Below, piece after piece: positions 42,657-57,169 of a DNA stretch of 64,000 nt. A program made the translations under genes and the position numbers. Each line of letters opens with the position of its first letter. Position 1 is the stretch's first letter. Under the pieces are notes generated by a model that was not told the DNA's origin, ran no database searches, and saw only the letters and a program-made list of their open reading frames with translations. The DNA lies in assembly GCA_040954595.2 (NCBI GenBank), contig CM082577.2, positions 806,001-870,000 on the forward strand, written 5' to 3'. Origin of the DNA: Balanoglossus misakiensis. Taxonomy: Eukaryota > Animalia > Hemichordata.

Positions 42657-44109
42657 GATTTGCAGTTTCTTCCTAACTTCCGAACTGAGTATTTTTCCCT
42701 TTGGGATTGTCACCATTATGATCAAGATATATAAACGCAATGAATTTTTTCTTGTAAAATATTCCATACGACAATTCAGTTTTAGATTAAACGAAATCAG
42801 TCCATGATTAAAAAAGACAATAAACATTATAATAACTGCAAAAAAAGATTTTCTATTTCACACAAGTAATTTGTAGCAGCACTGTAATGTTTGGCTTGGT
42901 TGCTGGTATCCTTTATAAGCCAAGATTTCTGTTGACATATTTTTGACAACTTTATACAGGCAGACAAGTCATTTCTCCGAATGTTTTTCTTTCTGAAAGT
43001 TTGTTGTACCTTCTGATCTGTACAGTGGATACTGAATCTTGCAGAAGTTGTTAAATTTAAGATTCAAAAGCAATATGAATCAGATGCTGTCTTGGTAGAT
43101 GTCTGTGAGCCCCTTGTTTGTGTTGGAAGGTAATGTGTACTTTGAACATTGCACCTTTCTCCCCTTTCTCTGATGGATTGAATCAACCATACTATCAGAA
43201 ACAATAAGACTGGAATAAAGCTAGGCTATGGAAGGGTTAACCCCTGTACACTATGGAAAGAACAGGACGCACCAGAAAACCTACAAGTGGATTGGACAAG
43301 TTGAGTGTAAAATATGAATATATTTTTATATTGAATGAGTAAAATTAAATGTATTGTAAGTAGCGACCGGATTTTGTGTAAATGTTGCCAAAATATATCC
43401 ATGTAACCGAAGTTGTAACTTTTGTCAATGTCATACCCCACCATTTGAATATTTTTTGTTAAAGTTTCTGTCACGATGCATTAAGCACATGGAAGTACAT
43501 AATTTGTGTATAGAGCTTATGTTTTTTTCCTAGATGTATAAAATTTAATGTATTGATATACAGGCAAGCATGAGATGTATGTTTGTAAAAGAGAAATAAA
43601 ATTTGCTATGTATCTATTAATTACCAGGTAAGTCTTATTTATGTCTCTGAGCAGTGGTAAAATGTGAAAGAAAAGTTGCAACTTGTAAAGGATGCAGTGT
43701 TCTCCCAACAGAAATTTCTGATGGCCTGCACGCAGCTGATCACCTGAATTGGCACATTGAGGAAAGAACCGAATGAATCAACTACAGAGATACAAATGAT
43801 TGCATTTATTTGAAACATCATCACAACATACACTCAAAATCTTAATAAAAAAGCTACAGGTATTTTCTAATTCTTAGAAATACATAATCCAATTGCTTCT
43901 GAAATTATGAAATTACTTATGATTGGATCTTTTTATCACGAGCAAGGTAGACAAGAGATGTTACAGTATTTAATTTTCTCCAATTTAGGAATAGAATTCA
44001 AAGATTTGCTAGCTGATTATTTTCTAAATAGGAACAGAATTTCTGGGAAGAATTATAGTGTGCATAACATCAGATTTCATAATTTATTGTATTTTGGAAG
44101 TCTTCAGGG

Positions 44110-47100
44110 TCATGAAGATTTACTGGGAAGACCATTGATGTGCTGCAGTAACTCATTGCAGTATTTTGGAATTCTGTGTTTGTGTTTGACTTCATTCACT
44201 TTGTCTTTTAACAATTCCGGGTTGACCGACGCTGCTTGCTTCAACACAACTGTGAAGACAAAAAAAGAAACCACAAGTGTTTGAGACAAAGATAAAAGGT
44301 AGGTTAACAAAATAAATGAAATTGATAATAAAAAGAATTTGTAAAAGTAAAAGCCAACTTTGTTTATAGCATTAGTGAGTCTGAAGTCTCCACTGAAGAA
44401 CTAGCAGACTGTGATACGAACACCAACAGACCAACGTATCACTCATAGACTCACCAAAGATAGCATTCTGGATAGTTGGATCAGGATCATCTAAATGCAC
44501 TAACAATCCTTTATACATCTCTTCCAGATGAGCTTTATACAAAGTGACTTCGTAATCCTCCTTGATGCAGTCGAAGAAAGCAGTAAACGTCTTGGTGACA
44601 GCAACACGTATATCATCACTGCTGTCGTCTAATCTCTTCAGCAGTTCCATGTACATTTTATGGAGCCGCTCTGGATCAAAGGAATCCTTGCAGGTCGTCA
44701 GAAGTCTCTGTAGAACTCTGCACGCGACCAGACGAGTTGTTTTTGTGTCGTCATCTAGGAGGGATATTAACTGCGTTGTCAGCTCATCAAGTATTGTGTT
44801 CAACTGAAATAGTGAAGGTAAAGTTTACTGTAGGAGGGAGACAGGACTAAAATTGAACAAAGTGACTCTATTTTATTTCAGTTTTTAATCTGAGCAAGAA
44901 GGCATATAATGTCTTACATTCTCAGCTGTCAGCAATCCACTCTGGAACAACGCCCACAAACAGGACACAGCTATGGTTCTGACAGCTCCAGCTGTTCTGC
45001 CGGCTTTCCACACAAAATTGGGAATGATCATATCTTTGACTACTACAACAACAAAATTCCCAAACTTCTCCTGAGAATCCACAGTACTGCCTGCACTTGT
45101 TACGAGTCGGGAGAGCAAGGAAAACAATTTGAGTCTCAGTTCCGGGTCTTTGTCTGGATTCAAGTTGGTTTCAAGGATTGGTATGATTTCGTCCAAGAGT
45201 TCACCAACTACAGGACCTGTTGGGGGACGAAGGAAATTTGGTTGAGAAGTGAGAAGTGTTGTACGCCAGCAATGAAAAACTTTTACATGAAGTTGTATAT
45301 TAACAGTCATGTTTTGGAAGCACCTTAAAATATTACTTCCACATTCAAATTTATTCCTACATTTCTTGTACAAGTGTAAGAGTGTTAGAGGATTTACATA
45401 CCAGCTTCTGTAAGCAACATATCAAAGATGAGCCTCTCTGTGGAATAATTGGTCCACTGTTCATAACTGCCTTTCAAACTGTCCAGTGTCTGTTTAGTGT
45501 GCATCTTATACAACTGTGTCGTATCATCTAAGCCTTGGACTTGAGCGAGTTTTGAAAGTGTTGCTTTCACCTGAGAACAAAATACATGTACATGTATTAC
45601 TGTGTGATGACTTGGTCATATTAGAGAGACACAGAGGATGAGAGAGGGAAGGAATGGGAGACAGAAAGAGAGATTCAATTAGAGGCAGACACACAGAAAA
45701 AGACAAGACAGACATACCTGCTCCTTTAAGTCACTGTTACTTGTCATTGCCATGATAGACAATAGGACAGTAAACAGTTGAAAACTGTATTCTTTACAAT
45801 CCCCTGCACACTTAGTGATGACTGCATCAGTGGTGGCTAACAGCTGGACTAAGTAACTAAGCTGGAAGATGAAAAGTTTGGAAAAATTGTTGACCACAGT
45901 ATGAAACATTATATACACCTAATACAGTAATTGGGCAATTTAGGTTCATTCATTCAAGGATGGAGATATTCACATAGTACGCTTGGGCACCATCTGTCAC
46001 ATGTATTGGACTTGCCTACAGCTTGTTACACAATGAATCAATTGTACAAATATGAAATATTTACCTGTTCAGCTCTACATACATCAGGATTAGCCAAAGT
46101 GTCACAGACTTTCTCCAACTGTGGTTTAAGTAGCTCAGTTTGAGTTCCTCTGATGATGGCAGCAAATATCTTTAAGACGTTGTCGCTCTGTGAAGATTTC
46201 ATTGATGCAAGGACTAACTTACAATAAACTTCTGGATTGACAAACCAGCCGACCAACTCCGCTGACTTGATAACCTGTTGATAAAAGTGTAACATACAGA
46301 AATCTACAGTGATGGTGCATTCATGTCAGTTATAATGATTGACATGGCGGCAATAATGAGAATAAAATGTCTGCCAAAACATAACACCTGACTTACTCTG
46401 TCTACAACTTCTGTTTCATCATCACTGCATGCCTTGTACATTCCGGTCAACAATGGCTGCATGTGTTGCGTCACATGATCTTCAGCATTCAGCAAAAGTG
46501 TGTAGAGAAGTTTGGATGCCATGATTCTGTTTGGTGCCGTCCAATCTGATAGGTCATTCAACAGACCCGGCAGTATCTTGATGAGGTTTCTGAACATGAT
46601 AGTCCTACATCCAAGGTTGGGTCTCTCAGCTTGATTTAAAGAACAGTTGTACAGACTTAAATGTAACAAACATCGTGTGGGTAAAGAGTATTTCTACATC
46701 TGAGCAGACTCATCAGACCAATGAAAACAAACCTGTATAGCTGATCCTGGAAGTTCTCCCAATCATGATTTTGTTTAATGACTCATCTCTGTTGTGTGTG
46801 TATCTATGTCAATCGTTTTTATTGAACATTACCAATGTGTCAATGTAACTTCAACAAAACAATATCAGCAACAAACAATGTTTTCCATGACTCACTTTCT
46901 CCAGGAGGCAATGGGGGATCCACTGTAACAAAATCCATTTGATCTTTCAAGTCATTTTCATTCTCGCCTTCATATTTCGCACCAATTTCTTTCCAAAGTT
47001 GAATTGCCTGTGAGGACAAAATACAGCAGCATTATTTCTTCATCGTTTACTTTTCAAACGGTGTCTGGATGTATCAGCAAATACAATATTGCTACACAGT

Positions 47101-47982
47101 TAAATGTGTGATGCGACTCACCCTGTTTCTGATATCCGGTATCTCATCTGAGATGCTGCTAAGCAACAGAGGAACAAGTTTGTGATGGTATGAATACCTA
47201 TCCACGAAATCCAGCAACCACAGACCTACAACTTGGGTAACGGCCATCCTCACAGTGGGACTTTGATCGAAGAACCTCTGGGCTATATGAGAGGTAACAT
47301 CTTCCATGGCTTTGTGGCTTCCATAGATAAGAACATCTCCAATAGTTTCGATGCAAACAACACGGACTTTCGAATGCTGGTGGCTGATCGTGTGCAGTAA
47401 TGGCGTTAATACTTGGTCTGACTGCAGATGGAAGTGTTCTGGTATAGTCTTAGCAATGATCGATGTACACTTGCAACTCACTTTCTTCACTTCTGGGAAA
47501 GGATCAACGATGGTTCTTCGGAGAATCTGGATTATATCGTCCAGATATGGGGCAATCTTCTTTTGGCTGGTTTCCACAATTTTCACAAGCATCTCAAGCA
47601 TAGCTAGCCTCAGCTCTTCCGCATTTTCGACAATTTCTTTTCCTCCTAGTCTTTGAACAAGAGTGGGCATGAGGTATGGGAGGATATCTTCAATACTACT
47701 CATCTCAGAGATGTAATCGGAAATCAGACTTACTGACAGCTCGCGGCATTTTTCGACAGAATCACTGAAACACTTCAGAATGGATTTCCAGATGTGACGG
47801 AAAACTTCGTGCAGCACATCTTTGTTCAGGGGCGGCTGCTTTCCGATGGTGGCTTTTCGAATTCCATCAAGCGCACGTCTTCTAGTCGTCCTGTTATCAT
47901 CCGACAGACAGTTGATCTGTCGTGCAATTCCTTGAAGGATTTCGGCAGCTTCGGTAACGATCTCTTCGTTGGACGACGCCAT
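44110..47982 (-). CDS. DNAAF5: Dynein axonemal assembly factor 5 (HEATR2), HEAT-repeat protein; large first exon 47982-47122 plus ~7 further exons
   Basis: Motifs LKCFSDSVEKCRELS, ENAEELRL, DPFPEVKK, HQHSKVRV, DRYSYHHKLVPLLLSSISDE, RPNLGCR, WKAGRTAGAVRT, ELLKRLDDSSDDIR, LLVHLDD. The ATG at 47982 is in a strong GCCATGG context (an upstream in-frame ATG lies at 48036). Confidence 0.95.
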
Positions 47983-48393
47983 GGCATCTAACAACGCCTC
48001 GTTTTGGAAATGACCTACGACCCCATCTGACCTCATTTGACCCGTAGAAGTTATTGCTAATTTAAAAGCTAAACTGTGTCAAGTTGTTAATCTTTTTTGC
48101 GTCATAGTGGTTATATTAGAGTCAAAGAAACCGATAAACCCATCAACTGTATAATTGGTGTTAAAGTTTTCTCATAAAGTGACAAGATAACTTGATCAAA
48201 TTGCGCACGCGCAAAGAGTGAACTTGATGTAGTCTGCAACAGGAAAGGACCACATGTGAGATACTGTGCAGTGGATACTGTGCAAGCTCTCTCCGCTTCA
48301 GTCGACAAACTCGCAGATGGTCACTTAGTTTAACGAATAGTAACACCGTTACACACCTTTTCTAGTTGCGTGTGGTATAGTGAAACAAACAAA
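47983..48393. promoter_or_regulatory. Bidirectional promoter shared by DNAAF5 and UTP6
   Basis: Head-to-head ATGs ~410 bp apart; CpG-rich; NRF1-like TGCGCACGCGCA at ~48202-48213. Confidence 0.7.
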
Positions 48394-51300
48394 ATGGCAG
48401 AAATTGTTCAGCAGCGAATGGAGGAAATGCTCGCAGAGCTTGAACAGCTCGAAAGGGTTGGTCTTTTCACACGAGATGAAATCAAGTAAGTTTCGGCCCC
48501 TCACTCAATTTGTGTTTATACAGACCAGATTGTTGTTAATCAGTGGTTAACATGTGTATGTATAAAAAAGACAAATAGATACATGTCTGAAGTTGGTTGG
48601 TTGAATGAATGAATGATTCTGCTTTCTGGTATGGTATTCAATCAAATCCAAGACAATAGTAGCAACTATACCTTGCATGTTTACGTTTTGATCATTAACA
48701 ATTTCCATCAATTTTCAACAGAACTATAGTGAAGAAGAATCGTGCCCATGAATACAAACTTGCTCGTAGAAGTAAAGAAAAGGAAGACTTCCTTAAATAT
48801 ATACAGGTACCTAATAGTACAGGGCTCTTCTTATCCCATACAGACTTGTTCAAAATTTCTATTTTGATACTGACATCCCATTTAATAAAAAATATTCTTA
48901 TTTCTGAGAAATGAAACATTGTCAAACTTTTGATTGTGTGTTGTTACCTTTTTCAGTACAACATCAACCTATTAGCCCTCATCAACAAAAGACGAAAGGT
49001 AAGCTCATGTATGGAATTCCAGAAGATGTAAACATCTGTGAAACTTGTAGTTTAAAAGCACATGTAGTCATATTGTTATAATTTTGTTGTTGATGCAGCT
49101 ATTTCCATAGACAGACAAATTATATGTTATCCTCACATCTCATGAATATGGTAGTATGTATACATATTTCTGTTACTGTTACAGAGAATTGGTTATTTTT
49201 TCAAGAAAGTTGAAATAGAATACAGCATAGTATACAGAATAACCAATCTGTTTAGGGTAAGTTACAAGCCTTAAGTATACCAGTAAATATATGTATAATA
49301 ATGTTGTGGTATACTGACCAACTTTCTATTTGACACTTTACAGCATATGCGAAAAATAAAAAGTTGGGCCAATATGTTTTTAGAGATATAGATGCAGTGA
49401 AATACAAGAATGTAAAAATCGTCTCGTAACGGTTGCCTCTTTTGATATCGTGAAATTTTCGTGTCACAAAAAATTCCCCGTTTTGCAGTATGTCATTTAT
49501 ACACTTTTATGAGATTTGGTGTTTCTTGCAGAGAGCCTGTGCTTTGTATACTAGTGATCTGAAACTGTGGATGTCATACATAGAATTCTGCAGAAAATGG
49601 GTAAATTAATATTTATTACATCATCAGAATTATATATCAGAACTAGTCTAGATAAAGAATATATCGGAACTAGATAAAGAATAATTACATAAAGGTTAAT
49701 GTGTATAGTTATGACATTTTTAGGAACGTTTAGGTACCTGTTAAAGTAGTGATAGTCTTGGGTGTGATGTATTGTCAAGTGTAACCATAGACATTCCTGT
49801 CTACAGTGTAATGTAAGCTAGGTATTTAACAATTGCAAGGATGTATTTATCCATTATATTGTTATACACAGATATAGATTTTCATTTTATGTTGAGGAAA
49901 ATGATTAGCAGTTTGTGTGAAAATATTCCACCCTCCTTGTCTTGTTGAAACAGAATAGACGTGTTGCTCTCAGTAAAGTCTTCACAAAGCTGGTGAAGAT
50001 CCACAGTAATGTAGTAGGTAAGTTATCAACACACAGTGATGAAGTGTTCACATATGTGGACAGTTTCTCATAGAAAAAAACTCCATGTGTATTGAAGTAT
50101 GACAGGATAATGGTGAAATGGCCATACCAATCAGTGTGCTTACTAGCAAATTTGTACTTTGTTTTTAAAAGCATAGAGCCAACTTGAGAACTTGTACAAA
50201 TTTCTTTGCATCAGCTCAATACCTTTACAGACGATATATGTCACTGACAAGTTTGTTATGATGGTGATACATCATGTTATGTTATGTTGATTCTGAACAT
50301 AGGCTCTTTAGTGCCTCTATGTTCAGCTCTGAATTGTCCAACAGTGTACATGTAGTCTTGTACGGTCTGGTCATGTGACGTCATAATTTGCTTGGGGGGC
50401 ACACTGAGACCAGCGCAACAATTTTCTCTGATAACTTTGTAAAGTTCTGTTGTCTGATCTCCAGGATTGTGGATAATGGCCGCCAAATTTGAAATGGAAG
50501 ATAACAATTCACCTGATAGTGCCAGAGGTCTTCTTCTCAGGGCTTTGAGATTTCATCCGAAATCAAAACAACTTTGGAGTGAGGTAAAAGGTTCAGCTGG
50601 ACTAAAAGTTAACACATCATTTAAAACAAACTGCATCCTTGTTTTTGTAAAAGAGTAGGCATGATTTCTTGTATGCAAGAAAACTGTTGACATATTGTAA
50701 AAGAAATGCGATGCAGATAAATTATGGTATTATTGAGAAATATGAATACAGGTTTTAACATGTTTGTCATTCTAAAACTGACTACCAGTACTTTGTTTTC
50801 TGTGACAGTACTTCAGATTGGAGCTCATGAACGCAGACAAGGTTAGTATGTTCAAACAGTTTTCAAATTGTTTGATTTGAGAAGTTATTTCTATTGTTAT
50901 ATCTGTATCGATGCCAGTAAATTACTCTTTAAAACTTTTTGCATAATTTGTCATATTTCTAAGTCTTTCACCACTACCATAGATTTTAAGGTTGAAGATC
51001 CTCAATCATACTACTACATTTTTTTCCGCTTTGTAGTTAAGAAAAAGATGGAATGTTCTCCAGCAAGACAAGGTCAGTAGTTTCCTCATATTTTTTCATG
51101 TTGTGAGACAAATTGATGGTTGATGGTTTATGTTTAACCCAAGCCGAGTTTGGCCTCAGTGCCTTTGATCTGACTTCACCAAACTGAATTTGTCAGATTC
51201 TCATGAATAAATAGAGGAGCAAATACTTTTACATAACATTAACAGTAATAGCTACACATGCCTTAGTCCATAGAGAGCAACACAAACTGTTGATTGTTTC

Positions 51301-54300
51301 CATTGTGACCAACTGTGATTACCTCCAACAGACTGCGAGTGACAAACAAACTGAAGTAGATGATGCATTGATGCAAGGTACAGCAGCTGTTGTGGTTTAC
51401 AAGAAAGCCATTGAATCCATGCCAGGTAAAAACTGTTTCTTAACCTTTTCACCACCATGGTTCAGTCTAAATCCATTATTTTCTATGGAAAGGTTAGACC
51501 TCTACAGAGGGAACTGGGGTTAAATAGAATAGAAAACAGAGCTGCATACTAATGTGTATAATTATGAACACCTCTATTTTCAGATGACATTGACTTCAGA
51601 TTGTCATTCCTACCGATTTGCAGAGACTTTGATTTTGTTCAAGAAGTAGTGAACCAAATTTACAATGAGTAAGTCAAATGTAAGATTTCTTTGTCAAAAC
51701 TTTATGCACTGTATGTTTTATTTGATTTAGAGTGTATAGTTCTGTGCATGGTGATGACTATTGCTCAGACAAATTCTGGTCCTCCACAAAGATATTCTCG
51801 TGTCCATGAAATGTATTTCCTTTCATTCACAGTCTTAAAAAAGATCATCCCGAGAATGAGTTGACATGGAATGCGTTGGCAAGGCGACATCTTTTGAATG
51901 AAGATGTTGTAGCAGCTGATGCTAAAGACAGAAGTTTAAATCCTGGTAATTATTGTTTTGTTTAGTACTGTGTATCAAATGCAATTTCTTGTTCTAATCC
52001 AAACAGCATACTAATACATACCCAGTACTCCTATTGTCAACATACCCTGCCATTGTTATTGTTGACAAATGATGGCAATTCCTTGTTTGTTGTTAATATC
52101 TTGCAGACTTGGCAGTGTTGCAACTTGAGCAGAAGTGTTATGCTGTTTTTGAGAAAGCTGTGAAGATATTACCAACCAGAAAGATGTGGACGTTGTATGC
52201 TGAAACTTGTCTGGAAAGAGTGAACAAAGAAGGACAGTCAGAACATCTCTCTAATCAGGTATTTAAATTGCAATGTTACAGAATATGCTCATTGACTGGT
52301 CAATAATGGTACTCAGTCACCTGTGCAGATTTATCCACAGTTGCCATGGAAAGTTGACATCTTGCCAATCACATATTTCACAGACCATTTGAGGTGACTG
52401 GTGTCATTTGTGCTGCTTGGGGCGCTGTTTAAAGCTGGATCTGCATACAAATAGTTTGACATTAACACTTGTCATTTTCGTTATTTCTAGCATGTTTCCA
52501 GAGCTTTGAAAGTACTGTCAGGCATCAAATACCAGTTACCCGAGGAAGTCTATGAGAAATGGGTAAGTTAGTGCTTTTTGTTTCATGACCTATGAGACAC
52601 GCATACACAGGTGGAAATTGTCACCTGGTATTTCATGTAGAATTGTGATGGCATAGTAAACATTAATGAAATTCTGAAGAATGCCCAGTTTTAAGACACC
52701 TCTCTCTTTTGATTCCTAGGTTGATATGCTAACCAAAGTTGGATTGATAGAGAAGGCCAAAGAAGTTGCCCAGATTGCTACCAACTCACATGTAAAATCT
52801 GTGAAACTCTGGTTGCAGAGATTACAACTGGTTATTTGTGACATGCAACCAGGTCAGTCAGGTGTCTTCTGATATTTTGTGTAAAACGTCCTGAGAACGT
52901 GAATTGAAGTGTCCTTATTGTCACTTTGATGAATTCAGGTTTTGATTCATGGAATTACATGCATTTGCACTGATAACCATGACATTTGTCAACAAACATC
53001 AATAGATCATATATGTCTGTACTTACAGGAAATGAAAAAGAGAAGACAGAAGTGATGGATATATTTGATTATGCTGTGTCTCATGTCAAGTCAAAGGTCA
53101 GCTAACATCTATCCGTTTACTATCTTCAGTTAACCCCTTGTTTTGAAATCTGTTGAAGTTCAACTGTACCCTTACACGCAAGTAACATTAATAATTCCAT
53201 TGTTCCATTCGTCCTTCAGAATTCACAGCCATTATGGGATCTCGGCCTAACCTGGTGTCTGGCATGTAATCCCAATGAAGTTGAGAAAGTGTTTGAGGTG
53301 AGGTGTTCAATTCTCTTCTGTTTTCACATTCTGATGTGTTCTTCCTTCAGACTAAAGTTTCTTTTTCCCCGTCTGAGACTTTTGATTGCTGTCTGAGATT
53401 GTGGTAATCTCAAACATCAGACAATGCCTGAGGACTGCCTTGCATATTGTCTCAGCAAGCACAGATCAGATGACTTTGAGTGTTGATAGTTTTGTTTGGA
53501 AAACTATTTTCATTTTTGATGACGTACCAAGTGACTCAGTCACCCTTAAAAGAAAATGAAAAGGTCCAATCAAATCAGCGTTTTGAGTTTCATTTTTTGT
53601 CATTTTTCCAGCATGGAGTAACACAGCACAAGCAAGTGGCATCTATCATGAAGGAACGATATCTCGAATGGGCAGCATTTTCTGGTGGGATCAAAAAAGC
53701 AAGAGAGGTTTATAAAAGGTTTGTTTCTTATCTGATGTTTTCCTGTCAAGAATTGATATATTTGACAACCGCTATCTGTAGCTAACAATACTGAAGAGTG
53801 ATGAAGGATAGTAATTTGAAGTTGTATCTTACAGAAGTATTCTCATTTTCAGGTTGTCATCAAAAAGACCAAGAGATTTAAACGTTTTCAAGAAATACAT
53901 AGCTCTTGAATGTTCCCAGGTAAGTTTGTTTTGATGAGTTTCTGGATAAATGTTCAGGCATGTAAGATTTTCGTCTTAAATTTTGTTCAAACTGTTGTAA
54001 AATTATGTCCTGGAATCCTGATATGTGAACAGGATAAGATGTTTCTGGTACTGAGGTAATGATACTTGGTTTAATGAATTTGATATTTCTTGTCATTCAG
54101 GCAGAACCAAAGATGAAGAAACTGAGATTATGTTATGAAGAAGCTCTACGTGAATTTGGATCCAAGAACCCAGGTAATTATTCATTATTTTTATTAATCG
54201 CTTTATTTTAGGATATAAATCCGCATTTAGTATACAATCCCATAGACTTAAAATAAAAAAACATGCATAAAACAGGAAATTTAAATAGAACGGAAACCAT

Positions 54301-54594
54301 ATAAAACTGTTAAAAATACATTAGCTGTAAATATACTCTCAACTATACTCTCTCTCTTTCTTTGGCATGATGAAATATTCCACAATTTCAAAAACCATTC
54401 TTCCATCAAATCTTCTACCTTTAGATATATGGCTCTCCTATATCCAACTGGAACTCAGCCATCCCATGGGAAAGACAGAGAATGTTGGGAAGATTCACTG
54501 GAGAGCCATCAAAGAACTGGAAAGTGACCTGGCCGATGATTTCATGAACAGATACACCTTGACTCAGACTGGACATGCAGAGTATAGGTTATGA
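48394..54594 (+). CDS. UTP6: U3 snoRNA-associated protein 6 (HAT-repeat SSU processome factor), ~20 small exons
   Basis: MAEIVQQRMEEMLAELEQLERVGLFTRDEI, KNRAHEYKL..KEDFLKYIQY, LWIMAAKFEME..SARGLLLRALRFHP..LWSEYFRLEL, YEEALREFG, IWLSYIQLE..IHWRAIKEL. Confidence 0.93.
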
Positions 54595-57169
54595 GAATGA
54601 GAATAGGCATGTGTGTGTCAAACAACATAGTCATGTTTAATCCCTTCACCCATATTCCCCTGTATACAGGTCCGACTATACCGTAGTAAACAATGAATTC
54701 AGACTCATTTAACATGTTGAATGTGCACAACACTAAAACGGTATAATCTCTGGCAAATTGTATGAATGTCATGAAGGAATGATGAAAACTCAAATGATGA
54801 CAGGCATTGCAATGCATAAATGCGGAAAATGAATTTATCGATGTGTTGCGGTATTTACTTTGACAAGCCGAGCGGCCATTATTCTGACAAATGGATAATC
54901 CTCCATTGATGTTATTATGAAATGCTTGCGCAATGCAATGAATGGCTGAAAGCCTACAGGAAGCTTTCTACATTCACTGAATTTTAATATGAAATACTCA
55001 ACTTGCCCTAAAATAGAATTCCGAAATCAATCTAAATTTGTCTGTTTTCCACCAGACCGTACATTGGTTACATCGGGATCCAACAGAGTCCCTGAAGAAA
55101 GCATGCTGGGAGAGAAATTGAATATTATGTTCTGTTGCTTCGAATGAGAATGGAAAATAAAACCTCAAAACGATTTGACTTTGTCCTAAACGCTTTGACC
55201 CAATTTGCTGACCTTACAATGATTTTTTTTCTTCAAATCTTGAAAACTTGTTTAGACGGTTCTCGATAATTGTATCAAAGGGTTTATTTTAGTTTAATAT
55301 TAACCTTTATATTGAGAGCGTGCTCATAAAAAATATAAGAGAACGAAAATATTAATGAAAACCTGATATGAATTACTGGTCAAACTGGCGATGTTCCCTC
55401 GTCACTGTGTAAAGTCGGAACATCAAAATGTTTTGAGAATCGCTAGCACCATCGGGGCTTTCAATTCTCGAGGATCAAGACGGTCAACGGGGTTGCAACA
55501 GCAGACACGAATTCTCATCTAGAGTTTTTCACTGGAGGCGTCACACACCATTATAATGTTTCCGTTCTGTTGGATTAACATACGACGGGTTTTTTGGAAT
55601 CCTTCAGCTACCTTTCATCTGTCATGTTGCAAATGTCAAAAGCTTTAAGTTTATTTTTAATGTTTCGGAAATGATTTCATTTTTAGGCACATTGCACACA
55701 GAGAGGACAAATAGGAGATTTTGCCAATGCTGAGATATGTTGGCGAAATCTTTTCACAAATTTGATGAGTCTAATAAAGTCGAAAATTGCGATCACCTCA
55801 GAGTAATTGGGGGCCAATGATTTTCGTAATTGGGATAAACTGTATTATGCCGGCACTATAATTGGTATCATTCCTTGTCCGAGCGTTCGGTAATTAGACC
55901 GACAACGGTGAAGTGTTGACATCCCTGCCTCTGCCTTGCAAAGAGATCTCGCCATTGTGACGACTAGAGTCCCACCGAGAGAATGCATTAATCTATGCGC
56001 CTACGTCGCGTTGATATTTCATGAGAGTGGTTCATCCGAGTCATTTGCTGGTATGTCGTCCCCTATACAATAGTATTGAAGGCACAGTAGGGGACGCTTA
56101 CCGTGTTTTACAATCGCTCCGAACGGAGAGTTTTGTATCCACTAGAGAATTCCCCGTTTCCCCTCCCAGCGATTTCATTGATCACAGAAAGTACCAGACA
56201 CGCGTATAAACATGGCCTATACAAAGGCCCCCTTTACCCCTTTTGTTGAGTACAGCTGTAGGCGAAAACTGCACTAACAAACGACAAACAAGATCCGACG
56301 AGTGAGGTTCAGAAGGCCAGATGCATTTCATAGAAAGATGGATAGAGTAACGCGGCACTTCAATAAATATTCCCAGTGCAATAAAAAAAATCAAAAGATA
56401 TATTAATAGATGCATTTCTTTTGAATTCTCTGAAAACATGAATGACTGTTTTGTAAAATTCAATATAAAGTAATATAAAATATTAATTGAACGTTAAAAC
56501 TCAAAATTGAATATATGTGTTGATATGATACGTGCCAAACCAAAAGGAAATATTGGGCACATTATTTTCAAATTATGGTTTCGTTTAAATTCACTTCTGC
56601 TGTGACTTGCTAATCTTTCTCCGCCATGTTGCCTTGCATGTTAAAATATACTAAGACAAATTATGTACTGTGGGTTCGAAAAATCGATTTTTATTTCTCA
56701 AATTAATACATGTCACTTTTTTTAAAATTTTGGAATACCATCCTTCTTAGCTGTCACTTGCTACGTACAGACGCAGAGTCTATTGTAAGCCCATGAAAAT
56801 GAGGGAGGATGCGAACGACTTCTCTACAAAGAGCACTGTATATATGCGTTCAGTAATTTTGCATCGTGTTTCTGAGTTGTCCATCTTCTTGGTATAAACC
56901 CAGTTATATGTTATGCACAACTGGCCGTTTGTTCCCAATTAACAGTTCCTTGACAGAATGTCTTTTGTTTTATATCTAATGAATATATCGCCATGAGCTT
57001 TTATTAACCTTTCAACCGCGCGAAAACATGACATTTTTAAAAGTAAAATTGAAAACAGAAGCGCCCGGTTCTTGATACGAAAAACTGTAGAAATTTTCGG
57101 TAGTGACAACATTTTCAAAGAATAGCGTAAAACATACACTTACAAGAATTGCAAATGCAGATATGAAAC

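Noticed and set aside
48500-54400. Intronic snoRNAs in UTP6 (RTGATGA boxes near 50036, 51751 and 53799; small hairpin ~53390-53423)
   Set aside because: No matching D box with terminal stem and no clear H/ACA architecture; an Rfam/snoscan search would be needed.
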